In this document: positions 1 to 11,884 of the stretch, piece after piece
How the letters are laid out: each line of letters opens with the position of its first letter
Position numbering within the stretch: position 1 is the stretch's first letter
From: Oikopleura dioica
Lineage: Eukaryota; Animalia; Chordata
Direction of reading: 5' to 3'
DNA length: 64,000 bases
Assembly (NCBI GenBank): GCA_907165135.1
Contig: OU015566.1
Coordinates: forward strand, 12,214,001 to 12,278,000
The notes under the pieces: model-generated
The model's input: only the letters and a program-made list of their open reading frames with translations
Databases searched by the model: none
What the model was told of the DNA's origin: nothing
Position numbers and translations under genes: made by a program

Positions 1-2650
1 AGTCGCCAATTTTGATTATACCATGCTTCGTAAGAAAGATATTCTGTGGCTTCAGATCCCGATGCATAATCTTGGTCTTATGCATAAAGGCCAATCCGGA
101 AACGATTTGAGAAAATTTCCTTTCAGTCTGTTTACGAACGATATAAAGAGTTCTTGTTTACGCTCTTTCAAAAAAATGGGGCTCGAAGGGCTCTGAATGT
201 CAATCAAATGAATAGCGATGGATCCGTGTACACAAGGAAGACACTTTGGAATCGTCGTAAGTCCGGAAGGATACTTGAGCTTCTATTTGAGCTCGCGAAA
301 AATGACACTCAATCCACTATTACAAGAATTGAAGTCATGAGATTCTCAATAGATCGTTAAGTCGGATATTAACTATCGTATAAAATCTTGATTTATACCG
401 GTGTGACCCAGAGTTCATTCATTGCTTATCAAATCATAAAGATTTAAAAGCCATTTCGAACCAACGGACAATACGATAAATCAAATATTCAACAATTCAA
501 CAAAATTTGAACTCGTATTTCATAATAGGAAGTGCGTAAAAAGGAAACTCTAAAATTAAGCAAACGGTTGTCCACATATAAGACCGGAAGACGTAAATTC
601 TATTCAAGAATTTTGAATTTGTCAAGAGCACTTGAAAAACATGTCGCAACAGTCCCTGATAACTTCACTTTCAGGTATCGGACGCCTTGGAATGGTGTCG
701 CGTTGACACTGCAGATGGCTGTTAATAAGAATCATAAATTTTTGTCACCAAAGGTTGCCATTGGTAACTCTCAAGAGTTTGAACGTTCAAGTGTCTGTTA
801 GTGAGTTATTTATTATTCCTTTCCGATCGAGGGACCCATCATCTGCGTATTCCATCATCAAGTGCAAGTTGCCCTCGTTTTCGAAATTTTGAATGTAGCG
901 AATGATGTTCGGATGCTGCAGGACTTTCAGAACATTGGCTTCATTCAGCGCTTGCATTCGCTCAGTCTGGCTCATACCATCGGTGTGAACAACCTTCATG
1001 ATCACGTGCTTGCCGTCAGCCTTATTTTTGAAAAGAGTAGCGGTTCCTTGCGCGCCTTTTCCGACCACATTGAGCTTCTCGTAGCCGTTGAGAATCTTCG
1101 AACCATCGACTTGACTCGATTTGAAGTAGTAATCCTGAAGGATATTCCTCGTTGTCTCCAAAATGATAGCTCACCTGTATCCGAAGCTTTACAAATTCCG
1201 AGTCTTGCGGCCTCGCAGTATTTACCACAAGAACATCCTGTCCCGTCGAATCACGTGTCAGAACGACTCGATCAGGAAATCGCTTCGTTAGCTCTCGATT
1301 GACGAAATCGTAATTTTTCACGTTCTGAGAGAATTTTTTATCAGCCTCAAGACCTTGAAAACTTGAAAGGCCAGCTGCAAAGTTATTCCGCGAATAGGCT
1401 TTATCTAACGGAAATGGGCCGAAGTAAGTGTTTGAAAACCGTTAAAATGCTCTGAATATCTACCGCAGAGCAAATGTTACTGGCACTTGAATTTGGCTCG
1501 CTAGAGATAAATTTATGGCTACTGTGGTCGATAAAGGGACAGTTTCAAGGGTTCTTCCCAGACTGTAAGAAATTGTATGATCTTGCGAAAAATAAGGTAT
1601 GTCCTTACACCGACCATATCCTTACACCGACCAATTCCTTACACCGACCAAAATCCTTACACCGACCACTTTCAGAATTTGGTCGGTGTAAGGAATTGGT
1701 CGGTGTAAGGATTTGGTCGGTGTAAGGATATGGTCGGTGTAAGGAAATACCGAAAAATAAGTTGAGGAAATTTATTATATTTTGAAAAATAAGCATTAAT
1801 TTAGCTAGAAAAATTGTTTAATAATTACCTTGGCGCCAAGAATGTGAACAAGGCCGCGGTTATTAAGAAGGTCATCCATGATGTTTTTGAGGAATTGCAT
1901 GGCAGAATTCCCGCCGCACGGATCCACAGGCGTAATGAGCCCATCCTTCCCGTTCAGCAAATTGATGCCACCTTCCCCACAGGTCGGCAAAATTCCAATA
2001 ACATCGAACCGCCTTTCTTTAAAACGACGTTTTATGCTAAAGAATGATCATCGTGGGATAGTTAGCGGCTAAGCTTACTTGCGGACTATTGTCTTGGCGT
2101 CAGAATCATGAGAATAAACATAGGACTCAGTATTCTCGCGTAAATCCTTTTCAAAAGCTTTTTATGAAGTCAATAATCTGTCTCAGGCGGAAATTATGAG
2201 TGGCTCATCGAACAAAAAAATTCTTTTTTGAGTGTTTTAAAATTTGTTATTTTCGATTATTTCGTTAAATTATTAATAATAATTATAATTTATTATTATT
2301 CAACTTTTTCCTATTTTATTCTTGAGTCTTGAAGACAGCAAAAGCAAACTTTCTGGCATCATCGGAGTCATGACGCCAAGATTTTTTCTTTAGCAAAGTC
2401 TTCTTTTTTTCATCTCTTGATCTGAGAACTTTTGGCTTCTCAGTAGCGGTTTTAAACTCTTGATTCAATTGTAAAAAAGCTCAAACTTTGGAATCGGGAT
2501 AAAATTAATACTCGACAGTAGGAGTAATTATTCCAGTGATTTGTAAATTTGCGTAGCGATTGAACATTGAATTGAGAACGGGAGAGTAGGAGCTCAGGCT
2601 CGTCCTCGGTTGGCAAACAGAATCTGTTCAAATATGCTTTCAAGGGGTCA
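1..2650 (-). CDS. NEK (NIMA-related) Ser/Thr kinase with long N-terminal extension; multi-exon, 3' end runs off the window, 5' end uncertain (may reach about 3250)
   Basis: Spliced translation: [54 protein letters not shown]|[21 protein letters not shown]|[39 protein letters not shown] (last exon 1-119). Upstream in-frame exons continue to about 2650. Confidence 0.88.
1596..1751. mobile_element. Mutator/foldback-like MITE in a NEK intron
   Basis: Perfect 9-bp TSD GAAAAATAA (1587-1595 and 1752-1760). Each arm has four copies of TCCTTACACCGACCA, arranged in mirror orientation. Confidence 0.9.
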
Positions 2651-3562
2651 GAATATTGCCCAGATTTTTAGCACTAAGTGTAAACTCCGCGCAAAACTTA
2701 TTAATCGACTAACAACTAAAAAAATGAAAAACATGAGATTAAATTTAAAAATGAAGTTTGTCGATTAACAATTCATAATCTTTTAGTGCAGTTACTGTAC
2801 TTTAAAAGCATTAAAATATTCTAATTTATGTGAAAGAAAATATAGTAAGTCCTTTTTATATTTTTAAAATCTAAAATAATATTTCAAGCCAAAGAGGTAA
2901 GAAGCCAAACAAGTAGCAAGTATCAGGAGCACTTTGATTTCGATCATAATTTACGAGCTGAAGTGTCCCCTTCTCATGCTTGTCTTTTTACTACTGGCTA
3001 AGCAAAAAAATGAACAGCTCTCAGGGCGACTAGAATGTTCAAGTAAGCAAACATGCGCAATTTTGTACCATTTCCCGGTTAAACATGTGACGGTGAGTTG
3101 CTTCAAAAACAAGGTGACCTGAGTTTGCTTTTCCATGCGGAGATTTTTTCGTCGGAGGAGAAACGGAACAGATTCGGATTCACTAAGTGCTCCTTCAGAT
3201 TCTATTCTCAGGGTCAATGCTCAAGGATACCACTTTATCCTAGAACTAATGTGGCTGTATCAGTTATGTAATTATTCGATTCGGCAATTATTGCTAGTAT
3301 CTGACCGGTACTATCATTTATGTGCTAACATCAAATAATTATTATGCAATTTTCGGCCACTTGACTTCAGAACTTCAACGCCTTGTCGATAATAAAGCAT
3401 TTTTTTCCGCCAGAACTTTTTTACCAAAGTAAATATCCCGCATGATTACATGATGTAATAACCTTATTTTGATGTAGGTATTAGTAAATTATTTATTTTC
3501 TTTTGTTGACAAGACATAGAAGAGAGGCAGGTGAGTATCATTTGGAAAGAAAGGCAAAAATT

Positions 3563-6206
3563 CTAAAGCATTAAAACCAGAAGTACTAGCGCTAGTAATT
3601 GAAGAGTGGAGCATGGTGATGCGGCTGAGCATGGCAGAATATCTTTTTTGCGGGCGGGTTTCGTTTTCTTCCAGCCAACTTTGAGATTTCGGGACTCTAT
3701 CATTTTATCAAGATAGTTTTCGAGCGGCTAAAATCATCTTGTTCTCAAGAATTATTATTCCTTTTACCTTAAAATAATTTCTAAGAGCTTGCCCGGAAAT
3801 CGTCGTAGATCCCGTCAGTGTCTGATAGACGCCCTCCCAGGGCTAGAAAGTGTTCATTTTAGTGGAATTTATTTTGCCTTACCATTGTGTTTCCTTTCGA
3901 CATGGCTGAAATCAGAATGGTTCCAGGTCGTTTTGCATCATTACGCAAGTCGCATCTTCCATCCGAATTCAGCGGACAAAGCGACGCTAGAATTTCGTAG
4001 ACAGAGGCAGAAGATAGAAAGTATTTTGCGTAATCGATGTTGAGTAAGATGTGAATTTTCGTTAGTGGGTCCATGTCAGACATATCTCTCTAGAATCAAA
4101 ATTTGAGGATGGTGCGTTATTCTCGCGCGTACCTCAATAGGTTGCATGAGTCCCATGTTCTCAAAGACAATGTCTTCCCACTGCCGTTGAAACTGGCTCT
4201 CTGGATACTCGCCTGAAAACACCTTCCAACGCCATTCTTCAAGGCTTTTGGCAAACGCCAGGAAGGGCAATTCTTTGAGAGCCATGTACATTAGGTAGTT
4301 GATTTCTGTTGTTGCGGTCATGTTGAAATGTTGAGCTAGACAAAAGATAAAAGATGTTAACCAACCCGTTGTGAGTTTTAATTTTACCATGTTTGTCATG
4401 GAGAGATGCGAACATTCGGATCACATCGGGGATCGTATGAAACAGAGAAGGATTCGCAGGTTTCTGGAGAAGAATGTCTAGCCCTATTTGAGTGATAAAA
4501 TTTAAAAATTATTCTGCTTTTTACCAGAATAAGCGCGGTAGAAATGAGCTTGAGCGAATAAAAATATCATCTGTCTCAAGTCCTGGCGTTTGTTGATAGC
4601 GCACATGTGGATTCTAAATGCGTCGGCACTTGGTGACTTGAAATCCCATGCTCCGGCTTCGCAAGAGTCCGATTTGTCCAACTTCTGGAACTTTGAGTTC
4701 TCAAAGAAATCTAGACAAATAACCTTATTCCGAGTTTATTGAAAAACTGATCGAACCTTGTGGCATTGGAGGGAAACCTAAATCTTTAAACATATTATCG
4801 ACGTATTCGACCATCTCCTTGACGTTCATGAAGAGTTCCTCGTCGTCCAAAAGTTCGAATTCTTCATCAGGTGATAGAAGTTCAAAGAGATTCTCCCACG
4901 TATCTCCATGGATGCTGCCCATCAGATGTGCAGGAATGGCTCCTTGAATATCGACCAGATCTTCAGTGAATAATGCTGCCAGTTCATATCTAAAATGATT
5001 ATTAACGACGGTAGTTAATGATTTTTTTACCTAACAACTGAGTGCAGTTTCTTGTAAAGCGGAAAGATATCAATCCAAATGCTCGAAACAAGACTTTTAA
5101 TATCAGTTCCTGATCCATATTCGTATAAGAGCTCTTCCGTTGCTCCGGAAAAGCCATTTTTAGCTGCAGCTTCGTTATAAAGGTCGCGCAATTTGATGAA
5201 ATCGGGGCGAGATTTTCGACCTTTTTCGCGGTTTTCCAAATTCAAAGTTATTACGTACGTGCAATCTGCTCCCTGAATGGTCCAAACAACAAGATTAGTT
5301 AAGGACTTTAAAGCAGCGCGTGTATTTACTGTAAGCACGACCCTTAATCATAGACGAGCACTTGAGTGAAAAAAACCGTTCCTATTTTCGCCAAAATTCC
5401 GTGCCAAAAGTCCATCTGCGTGAAGTATGCCATGCACGGGCTTTCAAACGTCGACGGCATTTTGTACATTGTGTTGAGAATATTTTGCACGTCAGTAAAT
5501 CGCAATTCATCAGCGCCCACCTTAAATAATTCAAAGCCAGTAAATTGTTAAGTCCCTTACAGTTACTGTAGTCACGTCCAAATTGAGCTGGAGTTTGTGG
5601 CGTAGCATTGTCAGGTTGACGAACTTTTGCGAGTAATCGGTGCTTTCGAGGTCGGATAAAACGAGACTGTCGATGCCGATTCTGAGGACTTCATCCATGC
5701 GTTTTTGATCGAGAGGCGTCAAGTACTTATTGTACAAGTTTTTATAGCCTTTTTTCGGGATCTCATTTTGACAATTTTAACAAAAGATAAATTAAAAAAT
5801 CATTAAAAAATTAACAAAAAAATTTTGAAAAATGAAAAAAATGCTTTCTATTTCTAATTAAAGAGTTTCCGGTCCTAAGTCCAAAACGTACAGTTGACCC
5901 TTACTTCGAAAAACACTGACGCGTTTCCTCGAATCCGTAAATTTGTCGAAATTTTCCTTCGTTCTGTTTGTCAACTGATTCCAGTCGTTTTTAATGTGCT
6001 CGCGATAGATTACTCCATAATCTGACGAGTAAACATCCAGAAGCTGCCTCAACTCAGATCCCCAGTCTTATTTTCGGGTTATTTCAGTTTCATTATTTGC
6101 TAATAGAATGAAAATATAAAAGAAAATAACCCTTGCCTCGTTGCGGAGCCTGCTGACCGCAAATCCCATCAAGGAACGCGGATATTGCTATTGTCAAAAT
6201 CTTCAT
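3563..6206 (-). CDS. Angiotensin-converting-enzyme-like protein (peptidase M2 family), predicted non-catalytic, with signal peptide and C-terminal GPI-type hydrophobic tail
   Basis: Signal peptide MKILTIAISAFLDG. ACE motifs IFPLYKKLHSVVR, IPAHLMGSIHGDTWENL, LGFPPMP, CEAGAWDF, ALKELPFLAF..EEWRWKVFSG, NYFKPLENYL..VGW. Stop at 3563. Confidence 0.92.
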
Positions 6207-6636
6207 TTTAATTTTTTATCTCTGTTCTTTTTTCACATTGAACCAGTTCAATTAAAAACCAAATTCTAGTGTATAAAACGAATCAAAATCCAATAGTTGT
6301 AAATGCTTGCTTGATTCTATTGAATGGCCGCCACCGCCTCGAGGCGAAAAATAGAATTTCTTTCTCACCAAAGAGGAACAAGTGGTTAACCGTCGGAGCC
6401 CAACCAGAGCGTAGCTACTATTCACTCTCATCCTATAAGCCCCCCTTCGTCCTTATCAAACGACAAGTACCTGAAGCTCCTTGACTGATAAAACAACAAA
6501 TTTGCCTGAAAAGGATTCGCAGACCTTGATTTATACAGATACAGTACAGTGAAGTGTTTATTTACAGGCATTTTGTGAAGAAAGAGTGTTATACAGAGTG
6601 AAGGCGATAGAACAGCGAATTCGAGTGAAGCTAATA

Positions 6637-7464
6637 TTATTTGAAATTCGTTTTTTCTTTCTCCAAGTACTGTTTTATCGCATCTACGTCAGGGATCTAA
6701 ATTTTTTCGCGAAAATCGCAATTTGCGAATATTTTGCGATTGCGATGCGAAATTTCGCAGAAAATTCGCAATCGCAAATTATTTTTTGATCGAATCGCAA
6801 TCGCATCGCAATCGCAACTCAGTTTTCGTCAATAATTCGCAAATTGCGATTTTTTTGCGAACTTTGGTCTTGTCAAAATGCTCCTTCGTTATTCTGACAT
6901 GGGTTTTCTTTGACTCAGAGCCTATTTTCTGTGTTCTAAAGGCTTAATTGTAAGCCTGACCTCAAAAAATAGTCTTAAATCCTTTGAAAAATTACTTTTT
7001 ACGCTAAAATTTCGCAAATGGCGACAAAATCGCAATTCGCGAAAAATTCGCAATTTGCGAAAAAAATCGCAATCGCATCGCAATTTCCGGACTATTTTGC
7101 GTCGCAATCGCATCGCAATCGCAATTGATTTTCGGCAAAAATTTAGATCCCTGATCTACGCAGCTTTTCAAATGTCTCTTTTGCAGTGACACTTTCTCCG
7201 CGAGGAAGGTCTCAAATGCTTCTTCTCGCTCGCCGAGATACTTCCCGATAAGCTAAAAATTATTACTATTCTGAAAAGTTAGCCATTTTCATACCTGGTA
7301 GCACTTTGGAAATCCTAGTTCGACGAGTCGAGCTTGCGCAGTTTTTCCAATTCCTGGGATCTCGCTGCAATCTTTGTCGTCTAAATTTAAATTTTAGTTA
7401 GAGTTAAGGTTATGTAGAACTTACCCATCGGTTCTCTTGTAAAATTCTCAAGTTTTGATGGCAT
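6637..7464 (-). CDS. BANF1: Barrier-to-autointegration factor (BAF/BANF1-like); last exon interrupted by a hAT MITE
   Basis: MPSKLENFTREPM|DDKDCSEIPGIGKTAQARLVELGFPKCYQ|LIGKYLGEREEAFETFLAEKVSLQKRHLKSCVD[MITE]AIKQYLEKEKTNFK*. Matches the BAF pattern EPM..K....GIG.....L...GF...Y..LG. Two GT-AG introns. Confidence 0.85.
6690..7153. mobile_element. hAT-type MITE
   Basis: TIR CAGGGATCTAAATTTTT, 8-bp TSD ATCTACGT/ATCTACGC, subterminal ATCGCA/TTGCG repeats. Confidence 0.92.
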
Positions 7465-7753
7465 TTTATTTTTTCTCAGAATTTACTCAACAAAAATATT
7501 TTTGCTCCTTCTTGAACAGAGCGATTTTTGGTTGTGCGCATGCCAATTTTGATGAAATCAACAATGTCGGTTGGTGACCGGGACCGATCCACCGCCCTGA
7601 TTTCGTTGAAGATTATTTACTAACGTAACGCTCTTTCTTTCTTTTCGAAGTAAAAAAGCTGCAGCAAAAGCAGACAAACTGATATTTCTACATTTCCATA
7701 AATATCGTTAAGTTTAACTTCACATTGGTTGGATATTTTCGCGTATTAACCTA

Positions 7754-8003
7754 CCATGAGATTTTTTTAGAGAGGGAGAAGGCCCCTGGCCTCGCTTCCC
7801 CGTTCCCCTCTCGGGGGAGTCTAGAAAATTCCTTGAGTTCCTGTTGGGCACTTCAGAATATAGAATCTAGAGTGCGGCCCAATGCGGAAAAATACGGTCC
7901 TCTGATTGGCTAGCCGCGCTATGCGCGCGCGGCTAAAGTGAGAGTCCCAGAGGGCTAAGGACTCTCAGATTCTCAGATCTCCCCTTAGAAAAAAATCTCA
8001 TGG
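7754..8003. mobile_element. Tc1/mariner-like MITE
   Basis: TIR CCATGAGATTTTTTT flanked by TA on both sides. Confidence 0.75.
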
Positions 8004-9093
8004 TACTTATTTCGAATAAGTTATTCGACTATTTTGCATCATATTTTCACGCGTTATTAGTAGAAATAATGCATGTCGAGTACTCGATCTTTTGTCTCGA
8101 AAGCTATTATTTCGTGAAATCAAATTAATGCAGAGATGTTTAATGAGTTAATTGAGTGGCTCATTTCATCGCATAAAAAATTCAAATTCTGAACAAGAGA
8201 GTTCTTCTTTTCGATGTTAAGGCTAATTTGCAAGTACGTTCGTTCTGAAATGACGCCAGCAATTGCGTCTTCAGAATGCATTGGACAAATATAAACAAGG
8301 CCAAAGCCATTTAAAACAATAAAACTCAATATTTTGCCGGATGAATATTTATGCTTGCAATCAAACAAATGCAATGGCCGAGGCGATTGGCGGCGGAGAT
8401 GAAACGCCACTCAGCTCGTTCGCTACTTTCAAATTCAACAAGATCAATCTTCTGCATCGCTGGAAGACCGTTCTTATTGTTCCGTACGCGCTCATTTTCC
8501 CGGAGAAAAAATATGTCCATATTAAAAGTTTTGTTAAATGAATGCATTTCTTTATTTATATTTTATTCTATAAAATATTCACAGTGATTTGTGAAAAAAA
8601 TGCGATTTTTCAAGCAATAGAACTAATAAATCGTAATAAACCAGCTAAATAAGACTTTTTGGCAAGTGGTAAGTTGAGTAGGAATAGTTGAACTGGGTTT
8701 AATTAAAAAGAGCAATCTACATGATTATTCTCGCAAGGTTAAAATGCTGATACAAGCAGTTGAAATCCAAAAAGCCTCGTTTTTTCCTGGAAATTCAACC
8801 AATTTCAATCAAGTAAATATAAAATTATAATGTATATTTTATAATTATAACGTTAAGCATTTTTTAATAAGCAAAAACAAATACTTTTGATAAGCCTTCT
8901 TGTCTTCAAATGATGGCGCTAGCGAGCGCACCTGCAATTGTGGTTCTCTTCCTTTTTCGCAGTAAGGGCAAAATTGATGAGCCCAGGTCACCATTAAAAT
9001 GTTTCATTTTTCGCCATAACTTTATCCTCTTCCTGAAAACAGACAGAGACGAGTTCGACAAAAGTTCAGACGTTGAAAAAAGGAGCCGTCAAA

Positions 9094-11884
9094 ATGGTGG
9101 CCCAGCTTACATTCAAGATTTCCATGCTTGTGATTATACTTATAGATGGGTAAGCGGCTTTCGAAGGAAGATCAATATATTCATTACAGTTCGCCGATTT
9201 CAGTATATTTATTTATATGAAGCTGATATTATTTTTATATTGAAAGCACAAGTAAAAGCCAATCTTCAGTCTTTTCTTCGGACACTTGCCCTACCTGATT
9301 CAAAGATATATGCAGGTAAGATTCATCTTCTTTTGTCAACTTTCTTTTTCGGCTTACTTTTTCATTATTTATACTTTTCCTTGGATATAAATTTATCAAC
9401 CTATCCTGAACGTAGTTCTTTGCTTCGAATATATTTTTAATTCAGCGCTAGAATTTTAACTTTTGCATTCAAATAGAATAAGTCAACGCATGGAACAGCA
9501 AAAGATATTGGCGCCAATCCACTTCTATTGTCCATTTTGTCACCGGGGATTCTACAAGTTCGCAATTATTATTAATCAATCGGGGGCAAGTTTAACCGCC
9601 CCCTTGAAGCCTCCTTGAATCCTCTATAGAATTGCTATGCTGCTGGTATCTTTTTCGCCACGTGTATTCTCCACATGCTTCCTGAAATCTCGGAAAAGAT
9701 GAGCACTGATGTTTTCCCTGGTAATCTCAGACATAAGTTTACTGATCCATGGGTTAATTAAGACATTGAATATCCCGTTGCTGAGTTAATCGTCGGCTGT
9801 GGCTTTTTCATCGTCCTGTCCCTCGAGCAAATCGTCATGAGTTGCTGTACTAAGTCGAAGAAATCAAAGAAGAAATCAAAAGAGATAAATAATTCAAATC
9901 AGAACTCGAACGAAAACACAGATATACACCTCAATGGAATAAGGAATGGATAGAATATCCAGAAAATGATATCATTAGTGTCGATATGATATTCCTAAAA
10001 GGGGTCCAATGGGTAATGGCGTTGAAGATCATTCGGTTGGAACACACCTCGATGGATCTCTCGACCGATCTGGTACTCAATTATTAATCGACGCTCAGAG
10101 CGGCCAGGATAAGGATTGAGAAAAATTTTGTCAGCTTAGCATTAATAATTAGAAGACAATTTATTTAACGAATCACGGCATTTATTATCTCCAAGTTCAA
10201 GATCTTTTTTGCTCAATCTTTCGCAGCCATATGTTGCCAAAGATGAAGGTCATAGTCATGGACATGGACACGAAGATGATGACCAGCATGATGAAACGGG
10301 CTCTCAATCGATTCTTCCTTGATTTCAATAAGACATCATAATTTTTAGATAATCCTCGGCCAAATTTTGGCGTTAAGGGTGTCAACATCGATTGAGTAAG
10401 GGAATCTCTTATGAGATTTTTACTAAAAAATCCGAAAATCGATGTTGACACCCTTAAGGACCCCCCCCCCCCCATAGTTTCTGAGAAAAACTTTCACTAA
10501 AATGGCTCATTTTCACGATTCTTGATGGGGGGGGTCCTTAACGGCTCAAGATTTCCGGTAAAGCTTTGAAAAAAAACCCACCGATATTTTTTCATTAGGG
10601 TCTAAGAAGTCTACGCGATTTAGAGCGGATTCAAATGCGGCTTTTATAAATTATAATTATTTTGGGATTATCCCAAAATAGATATTTTCCAAAATTGATT
10701 CTCAATTTGAGAGCCTTATTTCTGACCATGCTCATTTTGACCCCGCCGCACACTCAACCCTTCGAGTTCTCATCCTGGTCGGCGCACTTGCCCTCCACGC
10801 TGTCTTCGAAGGCCTTGTCTTTGGCGTATCCCAAGAGCCTGTATCTGCTATGCTCGGTATATCAACAATCAAGATTTTTCTTATTGAAATTTGCATTATG
10901 AATGTCGATTTTTAAATCCAGAAGGGCTTTTGCGCCAATGAATATTTCACTGAATCTCAAAACAAGAATCAATTTTAGGTACCGCAGTTGCTGTTGTCAT
11001 ACACAAATCGATAATTGTCAGGGGCATCAGATTATTATGAACGCGATAATCTAGCTGTTCCGCTTCTGATTTCATATTCTGATCCACAAAAGCCTTCTCA
11101 ACTGGGATGCAGCTTTTGACGTCCAAAATGCAGACAAGGCAATGGTTAGCTTGTCAAGCGAACTCAAAAGATCATCTGCTTCCAAATTAGAAAACTCGTG
11201 TAATAAAGGATGAAAGCCTCATAAGCACGTGACTAACCATTGTGGAGATTTCTCGTTACCGCTGTGGTCATCTTTTCGATAATGGCACCAATCGGCTTGA
11301 TCATCGGGATCATACTAAGCGCTTACGGTGGCGATGGAAACTTGGATGGGCCTATGACAATTATCGAGGCAGTGGCAACAGGTGGGGAAATACTCTTCCT
11401 TGATTTCAATGTCTTCTATAGCGCCTCTCAAATTCATGGCGACTGAATATTCGTTTTCTTAACCTTGAGTCAAGGTCTCGTGGTTCATATTTTAAAGTTT
11501 ATTATTTATCTTGAACAAGGACCACAGTCGGTCAATTCTTTGCGGATCGAAAGAGCAACAAAAACATTTTCAGAATAAGATTCAATCTCATTTGTTTTTC
11601 TTCAGGCACTTTCATCTACGTCACATTCTTGGAGCTAGTGCCTCACGAGTTTATGGGCGAAGTCGAACAGGGACCACTCAAAGTCCTCGTAATGGCCAAT
11701 TACGGTTGAAAATGAGCATTCATTTAGATTAAGTGAAATTAAAATCGTAAAAGAAAATTAATATAAAATTTATTCAACCTCATTAAAAGCGCTCGGCTTT
11801 GGGACGATGGCCTTCTTCCAGACATTCGACTACGATCCTGTGTTCATGTCGTCAAACAGCACACTGCCATCTACAGACACATAG
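9094..11884 (+). CDS. ZIP (SLC39A1/2/3-type) zinc transporter, multi-exon
   Basis: NCYAAGIFFATCILHMLPE; EYPVAELIVGCGFFIVLSLEQ; His-rich loop GHSHGHGH; TM4 ALHAVFEGL; TM5 VIHKSII; FSIMAPIG; ATGTFIYVTFLELVPHE. TAG at 11882. Confidence 0.93.
10377..10453. mobile_element. 77-bp TTAA-targeting mini-MITE (Kolobok-like)
   Basis: Perfect 17-bp TIR GGGTGTCAACATCGATT. TTAA at 10373-10376 and 10454-10457. Confidence 0.8.
10458..10537. mobile_element. 80-bp TTAA-targeting mini-MITE (Kolobok-like)
   Basis: TIR GGAC(C)nAT. TTAA at 10454-10457 (shared with the neighbouring element) and 10538-10541. Confidence 0.7.

Noticed and set aside
121-360. Open + strand frame inside a NEK intron (possible nested gene)
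   Set aside because: Short, no recognisable motif and no convincing start or splice structure.
1022-1321. RWD-like '[12 protein letters not shown]' segment suggesting an RWD-kinase fusion
   Set aside because: It is read-through of a 40-bp GT-AG intron (about 1135-1174). The spliced frame is KLRIQ|DYYFK.
1596-1751. CRISPR-like repeats
   Set aside because: No unique spacers, mirror symmetry, a TSD and eukaryotic context. It is a MITE.
8120-8587. Overlapping short ORFs on both strands
   Set aside because: No consistent gene model or homology could be built.
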